A stretch of DNA of 63,788 bases, filler included, from Chiloscyllium plagiosum (taxonomy: Eukaryota): the NCBI RefSeq assembly GCF_004010195.1. It is 4 parts of one record of this genome, joined end to end, with 100 filler letters (N's around TTAATTAATTAA, not from the genome) between each part and the next. Parts side by side here need not be neighbours in the genome. Positions count along the whole stretch, not along the records: positions 38,467 to 55,294 come from NC_057714.1; positions 55,395 to 63,788 come from NC_057714.1; 2 more parts are not named here. The stretch is one strand, 5' to 3'. Below, piece by piece: positions 49,255 to 62,790 of the stretch (within the stretch, counting starts at the first letter, position 1; each line of letters starts with the position of its first letter). The position numbers and the translations under genes were made by a program. The notes below the pieces were generated by a model. It saw nothing but the letters and a program-made list of their open reading frames with translations, did not search any database and had not been told where the DNA came from.

Positions 49255-50565
49255 ATGCCTGTCTCTTTGTTGGCTACGTAGAACAGTCGATCTTCCGTAA
49301 TTACACCGGCACCACTCCCCACCTCTTCCTCCGCTACATTGATGACTGCATTGGCGCCACCTCATGCTCCTGCGAGGAGGTTGAGCAATTCATCAACTTC
49401 ACCAACACATTCCACCCTGACCTTAAATTTACCTGGACCATCTCTGACACCACCCTCCCCTTTCTTGACCTCTCCATCTCCATTAATGACGACCAANNNN
49501 NNNNNNNNNNNNNNNNNNNNNNNNNNNNNNNNNNNNNNNNNNNNNNNNNNNNNNNNNNNNNNNNNNNNNNNNNNNNNNNNNNNNNNNNNNNNNNNNNNNN
49601 NNNNNNNNNNNNNNNNNNNNNNNNNNNNNNNNNNNNNNNNNNNNNNNNNNNNNNNNNNNNNNNNNNNNNNNNNNNNNNNNNNNNNNNNNNNNNNNNNNNN
49701 NNNNNNNNNNNNNNNNNNNNNNNNNNNNNNNNNNNNNNNNNNNNNNNNNNNNNNNNNNNNNNNNNNNNNNNNNNNNNNNNNNNNNNNNNNNNNNNNNNNN
49801 NNNNNNNNNNNNNNNNNNNNNNNNNNNNNNNNNNNNNNNNNNNNNNNNNNNNNNNNNNNNNNNNNNNNNNNNNNNNNNNNNNNNNNNNNNNNNNNNNNNN
49901 NNNNNNNNNNNNNNNNNNNNNNNNNNNNNNNNNNNNNNNNNNNNNNNNNNNNNNNNNNNNNNNNNNNNNNNNNNNNNNNNNNNNNNNNNNNNNNNNNNNN
50001 NNNNNNNNNNNNNNNNNNNNNNNNNNNNNNNNNNNNNNNNNNNNNNNNNNNNNNNNNNNNNNNNNNNNNNNNNNNNNNNNNNNNNNNNNNNNNNGGTCCC
50101 GGGCCTCCTTCACCGCTGCTCCCTCACCACCAGACGCCTGGAGGAAGAACACTTCATCTTCGCCTCGGAACACTTCAACCCCAGGGCATCAATGTGGACT
50201 TCAACAGTTTGCTAATTTCCTCTTCCCCCACCTCACCCCAGTTCCAAACTTCCAGCTCAGCACTGTCCCCATGACTTGTCCTACCTGCCTATCTTCTTTT
50301 CCACCTATCCACTCCACCCTCCTCCCTGACCTATCACCTTCATCCCCTCCCCCACTCACCTATTGTACTCTATGCTACTTTCTCTCCATCCCCACCCTCC
50401 TCTGGCTTATCTCTCCACGCTTCAGGCTCTCTGCCTTTATTCCTGAAGGGCTTTTGCCCAAAACGTCGATTTTACTGCTCCTCGGATGCTGCCTGAATTG
50501 CTGTGCTCTTCCAGCACCACTAATCCAGAATCTGGTTTCCAGCATCTGCAGTCATTGTTTTTACC
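49255..50565 (+). mobile_element. 5'-truncated Penelope-like element of the C-rich family, interrupted by a gap
   Basis: ACLFVGYVEQSIF...FLRYIDDCIG...LKFT...LPFLDL before the gap 49497-50094, and RLEEEH..RLGTLQPQGINVDF after it. The 3' repeat has a degenerate hammerhead at ~50442-50467. Confidence 0.88.
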
Positions 50566-51844
50566 TTGCCCATCAAACAAGCTGCTTTTCGAAGGATGGG
50601 GACCAGCATCTTGATTGTTACGGGAGCTGCACCTATCTAGGCAAGTGATGGGAATGGAAGGAAACCAATTAGTCCCTTGAGCCTCAGCTGGATTATGGTC
50701 CAGGATGTTACTGTACGTTCTGTGATCACAATGTCAGGTCCCCTCAAAATCATACCATAATATTCCAGCATTGAGGTAACCCCTTATTTGGTCAGGAGAG
50801 GAAGGTTCAGACGTTCTGCTAGCTAATGGATGTCTTTGTTGATGAATAACTAAAAGTTAACATTACATACAGTAATAATTTAGGAAGGCAAATAATTTAG
50901 TATGTTTGCAAAGGGATTTGAGTACAGAACCTTGGTGAGACCTAATCTGGAGTTAGTCCCTCATCTAAGGAAGAATATATTTGCAATAGGACTGAAATAA
51001 GGACAAATTTCTTCTCTCAGAGCTCACCATTGAGAGCTGTGGGGGCAGAGTGTTTGTATATTTTAGGCTGAAATAGATTCTTGATCTGTTGAAGAATTAA
51101 GGGTTATGGCGTAAAGGCAGTAAAGTGATCTAAGGAATGTCGAATCAGCCATGATCTTATTGAATGGCAAAGTAGGGTTGAGAGACAAATCATCCGACTC
51201 CTGTTCCTATTTCTTAAGATCTTATGGTCGCTTACCATGAGATAATATGCTTATTTTTATAGTTTTAGCCAAAATAGAGAATTTCACATTTTTCCAAACT
51301 GTACTCCATTTGCAAGATCTTTATTCAATCACTTAACCAATCTGTATCCCCTTTGAAGTGCTTCATGTTCTCCTCACAAATGGATGGTGTCAAATTTATT
51401 GATTGTTGTTGGAGCTGCAAAAATCCAAGGCAATCCAGAGTATTCCATCTCACTCCTGACATATACCTTCTGGATGGTGGTAAGGCCTGGGGAGTCAGGA
51501 GGTGAGTTACCTGCCATGGTATTCATAGCTTATGATCTACTCTTATAGCCACTATATTTATGTGACAAGTCCAGTTCAGTTTCTGATAAACGGATGTTGA
51601 TAATGGTGGGTTAGTAGGGAATAGTGCAGACAATTGAAAAGTTGTTTCCACTTGCAGAAGAGTTGATAAGCATCTGGAAGACACAGCTTGAAGATAAAAG
51701 AACGACAAATGAGATGCTTTTTTTTAATCACAGTTGTAATCTGAAATGGGTTGCTTGAAAGCGGAGTGGAGATAAAAAATCTGCAAACAAGCAAATGACT
51801 GGAAGAACACAGCAAGCCAGGCAGCATCAGGAGGTGGAGAAGTC

Positions 51845-51871
51845 AATGTTTCGGGTGTAACCCTTCTTCAG
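51845..51871 (-). ncRNA. Hammerhead core in a PLE-derived repeat (cleavage triplet decayed)
   Basis: Minus strand CUGAAGA-AGGGU-UAC-ACCC-GAAAC-AUU. Confidence 0.5.
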
Positions 51872-52953
51872 GGCAGTGGAAGCAGCTTCAAGAATAACTT
51901 TCAGATAGGGAATTGCTTAAGTAACTGAAAGGAAGAACATTCTCAGGGAGGGGAAAAGGCAGGGAGATGGGGATTATTTGATCAGCTGTTTCAGAGACCT
52001 GGTATGATCATGTTGGATTCGTCTAGAATCCTATAATATGATAATGGATGAGTTATGGTCAATCCACTTCCTGCATGATAAACAGTGTCAATAGTTAAGT
52101 GATATGGTTTTATTTGCCATATAGGTCCACCCATCTTGGAAAAATATGCCCAAATTATGACACACTGTTCCCACGCTTGGAATTCAGTGTGACACCTATT
52201 GTAAACTATTTACAAACCTGCTCTAGCCAACAATAGACTCTGCCTTCCTTTGAGCTGTGAACATTACCACAATGGGTGATCACCTTTCAGTGTGTCCCAG
52301 CTCAATGTGCAGTGAATCATTCACCTGTAGCTGACACCTTCATCTCTTAGCTACACCCTGGTATCATTTTACTGATCAGCTGCCTCACCATAATTTCAAA
52401 ATTAACATCAATTGCATTTATATAACACTTTTAATGCAATGAAATGTCTCAAGTTACTTCACTTGAGTGTGACCTGACAGAAACTACAAGTAGAGATTTT
52501 GTGTCGGGCTAAACCTGTTCAAAAAGGGAGATGTTGAGGAGCATGTTTAAGGAGGAAAGTTCAGTAAAGGGGTGGAGAGATTTACAGAGAGAATTCCAGA
52601 GCTGACCGAGCAGCTGAAGGTATGGCCATCAGTATTGAAGGGATCGTAATTATGGATGCCCAAAAGATCAAATCTAGATGAATGTAGATGTCTTGGAGGC
52701 TTTTGAGGCTGCAGATATTAGAGATGGGGCAGGGCAAGGCTACTGAGGGATATGAATGAAAATTTTAAAACAGAAGCATTGTTGGCCTGGGATCTAGTGC
52801 AATTTAGTGAGGACAGGTTGAAGTGAGGGGGGATTGGCGTAAGCAGGGACATGGACAGTAGATGTTCTCAATAAGCTGAGGTTTACAGATTGATGGGACA
52901 TATTCAAAGGTCATTTAGAGTGATATGAGGGTAAAAGGGTCCTAGAGGAGGGC

Positions 52954-54156
52954 CTACACTGCATTTAGATATAATACCTTCAGTCCTGTATTAACCATCC
53001 CTCTTCTGATTGCCATTTGTTTGTTCAGTGTGCTTGAAGTTTGATTGTTAACACTTTCCATACACTCTGTCCTATTTGTGTCTGTGCTGGAGATTTTAAT
53101 AACCTCTGCTGAGTTCTGCACTCTTACTTCCTCCTTTAAATCGGGTTTTCTAATTTCCCCTACAAGAGAACCCTCCCCCTGCCCCCTCCCCCACATTTAA
53201 TTTAAATGTCTACAACCCTAGTTATGCAATTTGCTAGGATTCTGACCCAACACGGTTCAGTTGAAGACTGACCAATCGGAACAGGGCCCTTTTTCCTCAA
53301 TACTGGTGCCAATGTCTCGTGAATTCAAACCCATTTCTCCCACACTAATCTTTGAACCACGCATTTACCTGCTTAATCTTATTGACCCTGTGCCAATTAG
53401 CTTGTGGCTCAGGTAGTAATCCAGAGATTATAACATTTTTGGTTCTGCTTTATAATTTAACTCCTCGCTGTTCATACTCCCTTAGCAGAACCTCTGCCCT
53501 AGTTTTATCTATATGTCGTTGGTACATGTATGGACCGCAATGAGATATCCCGAAACCAAGCACCAGGCACAACCTTTGGGACTCTCGATCCTGGACACCC
53601 AGAACAGTGTCTATATGCCTCTAAGTATACCATCCGCAATTACCACAACATTTCTCTACCCCCACTTGAAGGCTCCCTGCACCATGGTGCTGTGGTCAAG
53701 CACACTGAACAAACGAATGACAATCAGAAGAGGAATGGTTAATACAGGACTGAAGGTATTATATCTAAATGCAAGCAGTCTAAGGAATAAGGTAAATGAG
53801 CTTGTGGCGGAGTTCGAAATTGGCAGGTATAATGTGATGGGTAACACGGAGACATGACTGCAAGGGAAGCAGGATTTGGAGCTGAATACTCAAGGATATA
53901 TATCCTATCGAAAAGATAGGCAGGTGGGCAGCTGGAGTGGGGTTGCCTTATTAGTAAGAAATGAAATTAAATCAATAATAAGAAAAGAAATAAGGTCAGA
54001 TGGTGTAAAATCTATGTGGGTAGAATTGAAGAAGCACAAAGGTGAAAAAAAAAACCATAGTTGGAGTTATGTACCTTCTCCAAACAGTAGTCAAGCTTGG
54101 GTGCAAGGTACACCAGGAGATAGAAAAGATCTGTAGGAAAGGCACAGTTATAGTGA
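52954..54156. mobile_element. CR1 ORF1-end/ORF2-start with an inverted 5' segment (52954-53695 minus, 53696-54156 plus)
   Basis: STLNK.M.IRRGMVNTGLKVLYLNA is encoded on both strands (ORF 52954-53196 minus, ORF 53513-53857 plus). Confidence 0.8.
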
Positions 54157-54314
54157 AGGATGTACTGGCCTTGAAGTGTATTTCAAGGAGGTTCACGAGA
54201 ATGGTCCCAGGAATGAAAAGCTTAACGTGAGGAATGTTTGAGGACTCAGCTCTGGTCCTGAAGTGCAGGCCCTAAAACCACGAGGTAAGTTTTAATAATC
54301 ACCTATCTTCCCAG

Positions 54315-55294
54315 ACTGGTATAGCTGTTACAGAAATGTGGCTCAGTGAGGGGCAAGACTGGTAGCTTAATGTTCTGGGATATAGATGCTGTAGATAGGA
54401 TAGAAAGGGGGGCAAGAGAGGAGTGGAATGGTATTGTTGCTTACGGATAACATTACGGTTGTACTTATGAAGGATATTCCTGGGACAATGTCCAGTAAAG
54501 CTATATTATTGGAACTGAGAAATGCTACAGGAACGATAGAAAGGAAGGCAAAGAGAGGAGGGGGAGTAGCATTTTTGATAAGGAATAGCATTACAGCTGT
54601 GCTGAGGAAGGATATTCCCAGAAATACATCCAGGGAAGTTATTTGGGTGGAACTGAGAAATAAGAAAGGGATGATTACCTAATTGGGATTGTATTACAGA
54701 CCCCCCAATAGTCAAAGGGAAATTGAGAAACAAACTTGTCAGGAGATCTCAGCTATCTGTAAGAATAATAGGGTAGTTATGGTAGGGGACTTTAACTTTC
54801 CAAACATCGACTGGGACTGCCATAGTGTTAAAGGTTTAGATGGAGAGGAATTTCTTAAGTGTGTACAAGACAATTTTCTGATTCAGTATATGGACGTACC
54901 TACTAGAGAAGGTGCAAAACTTGACCTGCTCTTGGGAAATAAGGCAGGGCAGGTGACTGAGGTGTGAGTGGGGGAGCACTTTGAAGCCAGCGACCATAAT
55001 TCTATTCGTTTTAAAATCGTGATGGAAAAAGATAAACCAGATCTAAAAGTTGAAGTTCTAAATTTGAGAAAGGCCAATTTTGATGGTATTAGGCAAGAAC
55101 TTTCGAAAGCTGATTGGAGGCAGATGTTCGCAGGTAAAGAGATGGCTGTAAAATAGGAAGCCTTCAGATGTGAGATAACAAGAATCCAGATAAAGTATAT
55201 TCCTGTCAGGGTGAAAGGGAAGGCTGGTAGCTATAGGGAATGCTGGATGACTAAAGAAATTGAGGGTTTGGTTAAGAAAAAGAAGGAAGCATAT
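54315..55294 (+). mobile_element. CR1 LINE endonuclease region(s) running into a gap
   Basis: RGGGVAFLI, GLYYRPPNS, MVGDFNFPNIDW, LDLLLGN and SDHNSI. Confidence 0.9.
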
Positions 55295-55394
55295 NNNNNN
55301 NNNNNNNNNNNNNNNNNNNNNNNNNNNNNNNNNNNNNNTTAATTAATTAANNNNNNNNNNNNNNNNNNNNNNNNNNNNNNNNNNNNNNNNNNNN

Positions 55395-56600
55395 TACAAC
55401 GTTAGCCACCCTCCAATCCGCAGGAACTGATCCTGAATCTATCGAACTAAATAATCACCAATGCATCCACGATTTCTAGAGCCACCTCCTTCAGTACCCT
55501 GGGATGTAGACCATCAGGCCCCAGTGACTTATCAGCCTTCAGACCTAACAGTCTCTCCAACACCAATTCCTGTCAAATATAAATTCCCTTCAGTTCAGGT
55601 CCTTCAGCCACTGTTACCTCAGGGAGATTGCTTGTGTCTTCCCCAGTGAACACAGATCTGAAGTACCAATTCAATTCTTCTGCTATTTCTTTGTTCCCCA
55701 TAATATATTCTCCTGTTTCTGTCTTCGAGGGCCCAATTTTAGTCTTAACCATTTTTTTGCCTTTCACATACCTAAAATAAACTAGAAGGGCAAATCAATA
55801 TAAAATTTGACAATAAGAGCTTCTTTAAACATATAAAAAGGAAGAGAAGTCAGAGTGGATATAGGCTCCTCAGAAAATAAATCTGGTTTGGAAGATGGTT
55901 TGGGAATAAGGTGTTAAACAGACACTTTGCATCAGTTTTTATAGCGCAAGATACTTCAAACATAACACTAATTCTAAGGAATGTGAAAGGTGAATTAAAT
56001 ACTATCACTATCACTAGTAACAGCAGACATACTAATGAGGATAAAGACAGATAAGTCCTCTGGCCTTGATGGCTTGCATGCTAGGATCTCAAAAAAGGTA
56101 GCTGCACAGATAGTAAATGTATTGATCATAACTTTCCAAAGATTGCTGCAATCTGAAGAGGATTAGAAAATTGCTAATGTGAAACCCCTATTCAAAAAAG
56201 GGGGAGAGGCAAAATCAGGTAACTACATGCCGATTAGCCTAACATCTATTGTTTTAAAAATATTGAAGGAAATAATAGCAGAACATTTGGAAGACTATAA
56301 TCTAATCAAGTAGAGTCAACATGACTTCATGAAGAGGAAATCATGTATGACTAATTTATTAGAAATTTTTGAGCAGGTCTCAACCAGAGTAGATGGAAGG
56401 AACCAGGAGATGTGCTGCATTTGGACTTCCAGAAGGTGTTCACAAAAGGTTATGTCTTAAGAGCCCATAGTGCTGGAAATAACAATAAACTATGTTGGCA
56501 CGGAAAGAGAATTGGTTCATGGGCAGGAAGCAATGCTTGGGGATAAGGAATTCTTTTTGAGAGTGGTGGCTTGTTATCGGTTCCACTGGAATCAGATATA
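55395..56600. mobile_element. CR1 ORF2 fragments (55395-55775 minus; ~55776-56600 plus, older)
   Basis: KEIAEELNWYFRSVFT on the minus strand. Degenerate NVKPLFKKG, SQHDFMKRKSCMTNLLEIF and LDFQK on the plus strand. Confidence 0.8.
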
Positions 56601-56610
56601 GAAAGATGGC

Positions 56611-56884
56611 ACCGGCAAGCAAGAAGTTGGTTTGAAGTGTGTCTACTTCAACGCCAAGAGCGTCCGGAATAAGGTGGGTGAACTTGCAGCATGGGTTGGT
56701 ACCTGGGACTTCGATGAGATGGCCATTTCAGAGACATGGATAGAGCAACCGGCAAGCAAGAAGTTGGTTTGAAGTGTGTCTACTTCAACGCCAAGAGCGT
56801 CCGGAATAAGGTGGGTGAACTTGCAGCATGGGTTGGTACCTGGGACTTCGATGAGATGGCCATTTCAGAGACATGGATAGAGCA
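56611..56884 (+). repeat. Exact 137-bp tandem duplication
   Basis: 56611-56747 is identical to 56748-56884. Confidence 0.92.
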
Positions 56885-57483
56885 GAGACAGGAATGGTTG
56901 TTGCAGGTTCCAGGATTTAGATGTTTCAGTAAGAACAGAGAAGATGGTAAAAGAGGGGGGAGGTGTGGCATTGTTGGTCAAGGACAGTATTACAGTTGCA
57001 GAAAGGATGTTTGGGGACTCATCAACTGAGGTAGTATGGGTTGAGGTTAGAAACAGGAAAGGAGAGGTCACCCTGTTGGGAGTTTTCTATAGGCCTCCGA
57101 ATAGTTCCAGAGATGTAGAGGAAAGGATAGCAAAGATGATTCTTGATAGGAGTGAGAGAGACAGGGTAGTTGTCATGGGGGACTTCAACTTTCCAAATAT
57201 TGACTGGGAACACTATAGTACCAGTACTATAGATGGGTCAGTTTTTGTCCAATGTGTGCGGGAGGGCTTCCTGGCACAGTATGTAGACAGGCCAACAAGG
57301 GGCAAAGCCACATTAGATTTGGTACTGGGTAATGAGCCTGACCAGGTGTTAGACTTGGAAGTAGGTGAGCACTTTGGTGATAGCAATCACAATTCTGTTA
57401 TGTTTACTTTAGTGATAGAAAGGGATAGGAGTATACCACTGGGCAAGAGTTACAGCGAGGGAAAGGCAATTACGACGCGATTA

Positions 57484-57618
57484 GGGTGGCACGGTGGCAT
57501 AGTGGTTAGCACTGCTGCCTCACAGTGCCAGAGACCCGGGTTCAATTCCTGCCTCAGGCGACTGACTGTGTGGAGTTTGCATGTTCTCCCTGTGTCTGCG
57601 TGGGTTTCCTCCGGGTGC
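57484..57618 (+). mobile_element. tRNA-derived SINE (HE1-like) 5' part
   Basis: A-box TGGCATAGTGG, B-box GGTTCAATTCC, then gtgtggagtttgcatgttctccc core; runs into a gap. Confidence 0.85.
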
Positions 57619-60600
57619 NNNNNNNNNNNNNNNNNNNNNNNNNNNNNNNNNNNNNNNNNNNNNNNNNNNNNNNNNNNNNNNNNNNNNNNNNNNNNNNNNN
57701 NNNNNNNNNNNNNNNNNNNNNNNNNNNNNNNNNNNNNNNNNNNNNNNNNNNNNNNNNNNNNNNNNNNNNNNNNNNNNNNNNNNNNNNNNNNNNNNNNNNN
57801 NNNNNNNNNNNNNNNNNNNNNNNNNNNNNNNNNNNNNNNNNNNNNNNNNNNNNNNNNNNNNNNNNNNNNNNNNNNNNNNNNNNNNNNNNNNNNNNNNNNN
57901 NNNNNNNNNNNNNNNNNNNNNNNNNNNNNNNNNNNNNNNNNNNNNNNNNNNNNNNNNNNNNNNNNNNNNNNNNNNNNNNNNNNNNNNNNNNNNNNNNNNN
58001 NNNNNNNNNNNNNNNNNNNNNNNNNNNNNNNNNNNNNNNNNNNNNNNNNNNNNNNNNNNNNNNNNNNNNNNNNNNNNNNNNNNNNNNNNNNNNNNNNNNN
58101 NNNNNNNNNNNNNNNNNNNNNNNNNNNNNNNNNNNNNNNNNNNNNNNNNNNNNNNNNNNNNNNNNNNNNNNNNNNNNNNNNNNNNNNNNNNNNNNNNNNN
58201 NNNNNNNNNNNNNNNNNNNNNNNNNNNNNNNNNNNNNNNNNNNNNNNNNNNNNNNNNNNNNNNNNNNNNNNNNNNNNNNNNNNNNNNNNNNNNNNNNNNN
58301 NNNNNNNNNNNNNNNNNNNNNNNNNNNNNNNNNNNNNNNNNNNNNNNNNNNNNNNNNNNNNNNNNNNNNNNNNNNNNNNNNNNNNNNNNNNNNNNNNNNN
58401 NNNNNNNNNNNNNNNNNNNNNNNNNNNNNNNNNNNTGGGAAGCCAGGGAGGAGATTGCCGAGCCTTTGGCATTGATCTTTAAATCGTCATTGTCTACAGG
58501 AATAGTGCCAGAAGACTGGAGGATAGCAAATGTGGTTCCCCTGTTCAAAAAGGGTAGTAGAGACAACCCTGGTAATTACAGACCAGTGAGTCTCACTTCA
58601 GTTGTTGGTAAAGTGTTGGAAAAGGTTATAAGAGATAGGATTCATAATAATCTAGAAAAGAATAATTTGATTAGGGATAGTCAGCAGAGTTTTGTGAAGG
58701 GTAGGTCGTGCATCACAAACCTTATTGATTTCTTTGAGAAGGTGACCAAACAGGTAGATGAGAGTAAACCGGTTGATGTGGTGTATATGGATTTCAGCAA
58801 GGCGTTCGATAAGGTTCCCCACAGTAGGCTATTGTACAAAATGCGGAGGAATGGGATTGTGGGAGATACAGCAGTTTGGATCAGGAATTGGCTTGCTGAA
58901 AGAAGACAGAGAGTGGTGGTTGATGGGAAATATTCATCCTGGAGTCCAGTTACTAGTGGTGTACCGCAAGGGTCGGTGTTGGGTCCACTGCTGTTTGTCA
59001 CTTTTATAAACGACCTGGATGAGGGCGTAGAAGGGTGGGTTAGTAAATTTGCAGACGACACTAAGGTCGGTCAAGTTGTGGATAGTGAAGAAGGATGTTG
59101 CAGGTTACAGAGAGACATAGAGCTGGGCTGAGAGGTGGCAAATGGAGTTTAATGCGGACTCAACTCCCCTGCCATTTCCTGGATCCCCATTGTTATTTCC
59201 CCACCATCATTCTGTAAGAGGCCTATATTCACTTTGGCTTCTCTCTTTCTGTATATTTAAGGAAACTCTTGCTTTCCTTCTTGATATTACTTGCAAGTTT
59301 ACCCTTAAAGTTTATTATTTTGTGGTCATCTGTTATTGGATTTTAAAGTTTCCCAGTCCCCACCAATCTTTGCCAAACTGTATGTTTTCTCTTTCAATTT
59401 GATGTTGTTTTTAACTTTTATGTGGTTAACCATGGTTCGCTCATCCTGTTCCTAGAAATCTCCTCCTTAACTGAGATATGTCTTCCCTGTGAGAATTGAA
59501 CTATTTTCTCAAATAATTGTCATTGCTCCTCAATAGTCTTTCCTGCTAAACCCTTCTGCCATTCCACTCCAACATGCTCTGCCTTTGTAATTGCTCTAAT
59601 TTAAGCTTAGAACAGCTGTTTCCCGTCCAAGTACCTCCCTCTCAAACTGAATGCTAAATTCTTCCATGTTATGATCACTGTTTTCTAGAACATGGGTTTA
59701 CTTTAACAGCACACATTAAACCTGCCTCACATCATGATGCAAAAGTCTGATCCGTTTGTATCCCTAACTTTTATTCTAGGAAAATATCCTAAATACACTC
59801 TATGCATTCTTTCTCAGGGCTACCTCTGCTAATTGTCTCAATTATGTGGACAGGTTGAAGAGGTCAAGGCTAAACTCCTTGGAGAGAAGATGGCTAAGAG
59901 GAGGTTCAATAAAAATGTTTTAAATCATTAAAATAATGGAATAGAGTAGATAGTGAGGAACTGTTTGCAGCGGTGGAAGGATTAAGAATTAGAGCACACC
60001 GATTTAAAGGGATTTGCAAATGTAGCAAATGCAAAGTGAGAAAAGACTTTCACACAATGATTGACTCAAATTAGCAATGCACTGGCTGCAAGTATGGTAG
60101 AGGCAGTTCAATCAAGGCATTCAAGAGAGGACACTGGATGATTATTTGAATAGTAACAATGTGCAATGGTGTTGGGAAGTGGAAGGTAAATGGAACTAAC
60201 TCATAATGCTTGCTGGAGACACAATGGGCTGAGTGGTCTCTTTCCATGCCATAATAATTGTGATTTTGTGAACACACTTGGCTGAAGACCTCCAAGGAAG
60301 GGCCAAAGAGTCACAAACTGTTTAATCAGAGACTTGAGGTAGTAGGAAATCTGTAATGGCCAGATCTATCAGAAAACACACTCAGGCAGAGAAAGAAAAA
60401 CAAAGGAAGTTGAAAGTCATGAGGCAATGAGTGAAAATTAGAAGGAAAATGTTTCCTTCACTATTCAGTGTTGATACAGGTGAATTGGTAATTTTCTCGA
60501 GTTCAGTAATACGACGGGGCAACAGGAAAAAAAATGGTTCATTGATCATCCTATAAGCATCAGCTCTAAATAGCCTTCATCTGTCATATTATGATGGCAT

Positions 60601-60649
60601 AAGAAGTGAAATGAAAATGAAGATGAGAGTGGTCCTAAGGGACGAGTAC

Positions 60650-62790
60650 TAAACTAGGCCAAGGCCAATTACATCAAAATTAGGCAGGAGGTGAGAAATG
60701 TGGATTGGACACAGCTATCTGAAGGAAAGTCCACATTTGATATGTGGGAGGCTTTGAAAGATTGGTTAAAGATAGTGCAGGATAGGCATGTCCCTTTAAA
60801 AACAAGGGACAGGAAAGGCAAGATTCGTGAACCGTGGATGACAGGAGAAATCATACGACGAGCGAAAAGGAAAAGGAAAGCGTACATAAGGTCCAGGCAG
60901 CTAAGAACAGAACGGGCCCTGGAAGAATATCGGGAGAGTAGGACCATTCTTAAACGAGGAATCAAGCGGGTTAAAAGGGTTCATGAAATAGCTCTGGCGA
61001 GGAGAATCCCAAGGCCTTTTATTCTTAAATAAGTAGCAAAAGGGTAACCAGAGAAAAGATTGGTCCACTAAAGGAGAAGGAAAGAAAGTTGTGTGTCAAA
61101 CCTGAGAAAATGGGTGAGATTCTTAATGATTACTTTGCATCAGTGTTCGCTGAGGAACAGGAGACGACGAATATTGAGATTAGAGATAGAAGTTTGTTTA
61201 CTCTGGATCACGTTGACATAAGGAGGGACGATTTGTTGGGTAGGTTAAAGGATATTAAGATGGACAAATCCCCAGGACCGGATGGGATCTATACCAGGTT
61301 GCTGAGGAAGGCAAGAGAGGAAATATCTTTGTAACATCCTTAAACACAGGTGAAGTGCCGGAGGACTGGAGGGTTGCTCCTGTTGTCCCCCTGTACAAGA
61401 AGGGTAGTAGGGATATTCCAGGTAACTGCAGACAAGTGAGCGAGACGTCAGTGGTGAGAAAGTTGGTGGAGAAGGTACTGACAGATAAAATCTATATTTG
61501 GAAAAGAATGGGCTTATCAGTGATAGGCATCATGGTTTTGTGCGGGGAAGATTGTGCATTACCAAAGTAATAGAGTTCTTTAAGGAAGTGACCAAGTTGA
61601 TAGATGAAGGAAGGGCTGTAGATGTCATATACATGGACTGTAGTAAGGCATTTGATAAGATTCCCCATGGTAAACTAATGGAGAAAGTGAAGTCACATGG
61701 TGTGCACGGTGTTCTAGATAGGTGGATAAAGAACTGGTTGAGCAACAGGAGACAGAGAGAAGTAGTTGAAGGGAGTTTCTCCAAATGGAGAAAGGTGACC
61801 AGTGGTATTCCACAGAGGTCAGTGTTGGGGCCACTGTTGTTTGTGATACATATAAATGATCTGGAAGAGGGCACTGTTGGTATGATCAGCAAGTTTGCAG
61901 ATGACACGAAGATTGGTGGAGTAGCAGAAAGCATAGGGGACTGTCAAAGAATACAGGAGAATACAGATAGGCTAGAGAGTTGGGCAGAGAAGTGGCAGAT
62001 GGAGTTCAATCCAAGAAAATGTGAGGTGATGCATTTTGGGAAGTCTAATTTGAGAGCAAACTATACTGTAAACGGAAAAGTTGAGACCTGGTAGTTCAGG
62101 TCCATTGTACCCTGAAGGTGGCTGCACAGGTGGATAGAGTGGTCAAGAAGGCACATGGTATGCTTGCCTCCATCGGACGGGGTATTAAGTATAAGAGCTG
62201 GCAGGTCATGTTAAAATTGTACAAGACTTTGGTTTGGCCGCATTTAGAATACTGTGTACAGTTCTGGTCGCCACATTACCAAAAGGGTGTGGACGCTTTG
62301 GAGAGGGTGCAGAGAAGGTTTACGAGAATGTTGCCTGGTATGGAAGGTGCTAACTATGAAGAGAGGTTGAGTAGGTTAAGATTGTTTTCATTAGAAAAAA
62401 GGAGATTGAGGGGGTCCTGATTGAGGTCTACAAAATCATGAAGAGTATAGACAAGGCAGATAGAAACAAGCTTTATCCCACGGTGAGGGATTCAATAATG
62501 AGAGGCACGCGCTCAAGGTGAGATGTGAAAAGTTCAGGGGGATAAACGCGGTAAGTATTTTACACAGAGGGTGGTGGGTGTCTGGAACGTGTTGCCAGCT
62601 ATGGTAGTAAAGACAGGCATGGTGGATTCATCTAAGATGCATCTAGATAGATGCACGAGTAGGTGGGGAGTAGAGGGATACAGATCCTAAGGAATTGGGC
62701 GATAGGTTTAGACAGTGGATTTGGATCGGCTCAGGCTTGGACGGCTGAAAGGCCTTTTCCTGGGCTGTAAATTTTCTTTGTTCTTTCGTG
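60650..62790 (+). mobile_element. 5'-truncated CR1 LINE ORF2 + 3' UTR
   Basis: KSPGPDGIY, DVIYMDCSKAFDKIPH, KFADDTKIGG, WPHLEYCVQFWSPHY and a CR1 3' end. Frameshifted. Confidence 0.93.

Larger units (their letters stand above)
56611..59157 (+). mobile_element. Young CR1 ORF2 (endonuclease + RT) with nested SINE and gap
   Basis: [64 protein letters not shown] and KFADDTK. The two sides of gap 57619-58435 may be different copies. Confidence 0.92.

Noticed and set aside
57484..57556. tRNA gene
   Set aside because: A/B boxes are present but there is no complete cloverleaf, and it continues into a SINE body found in several copies here.
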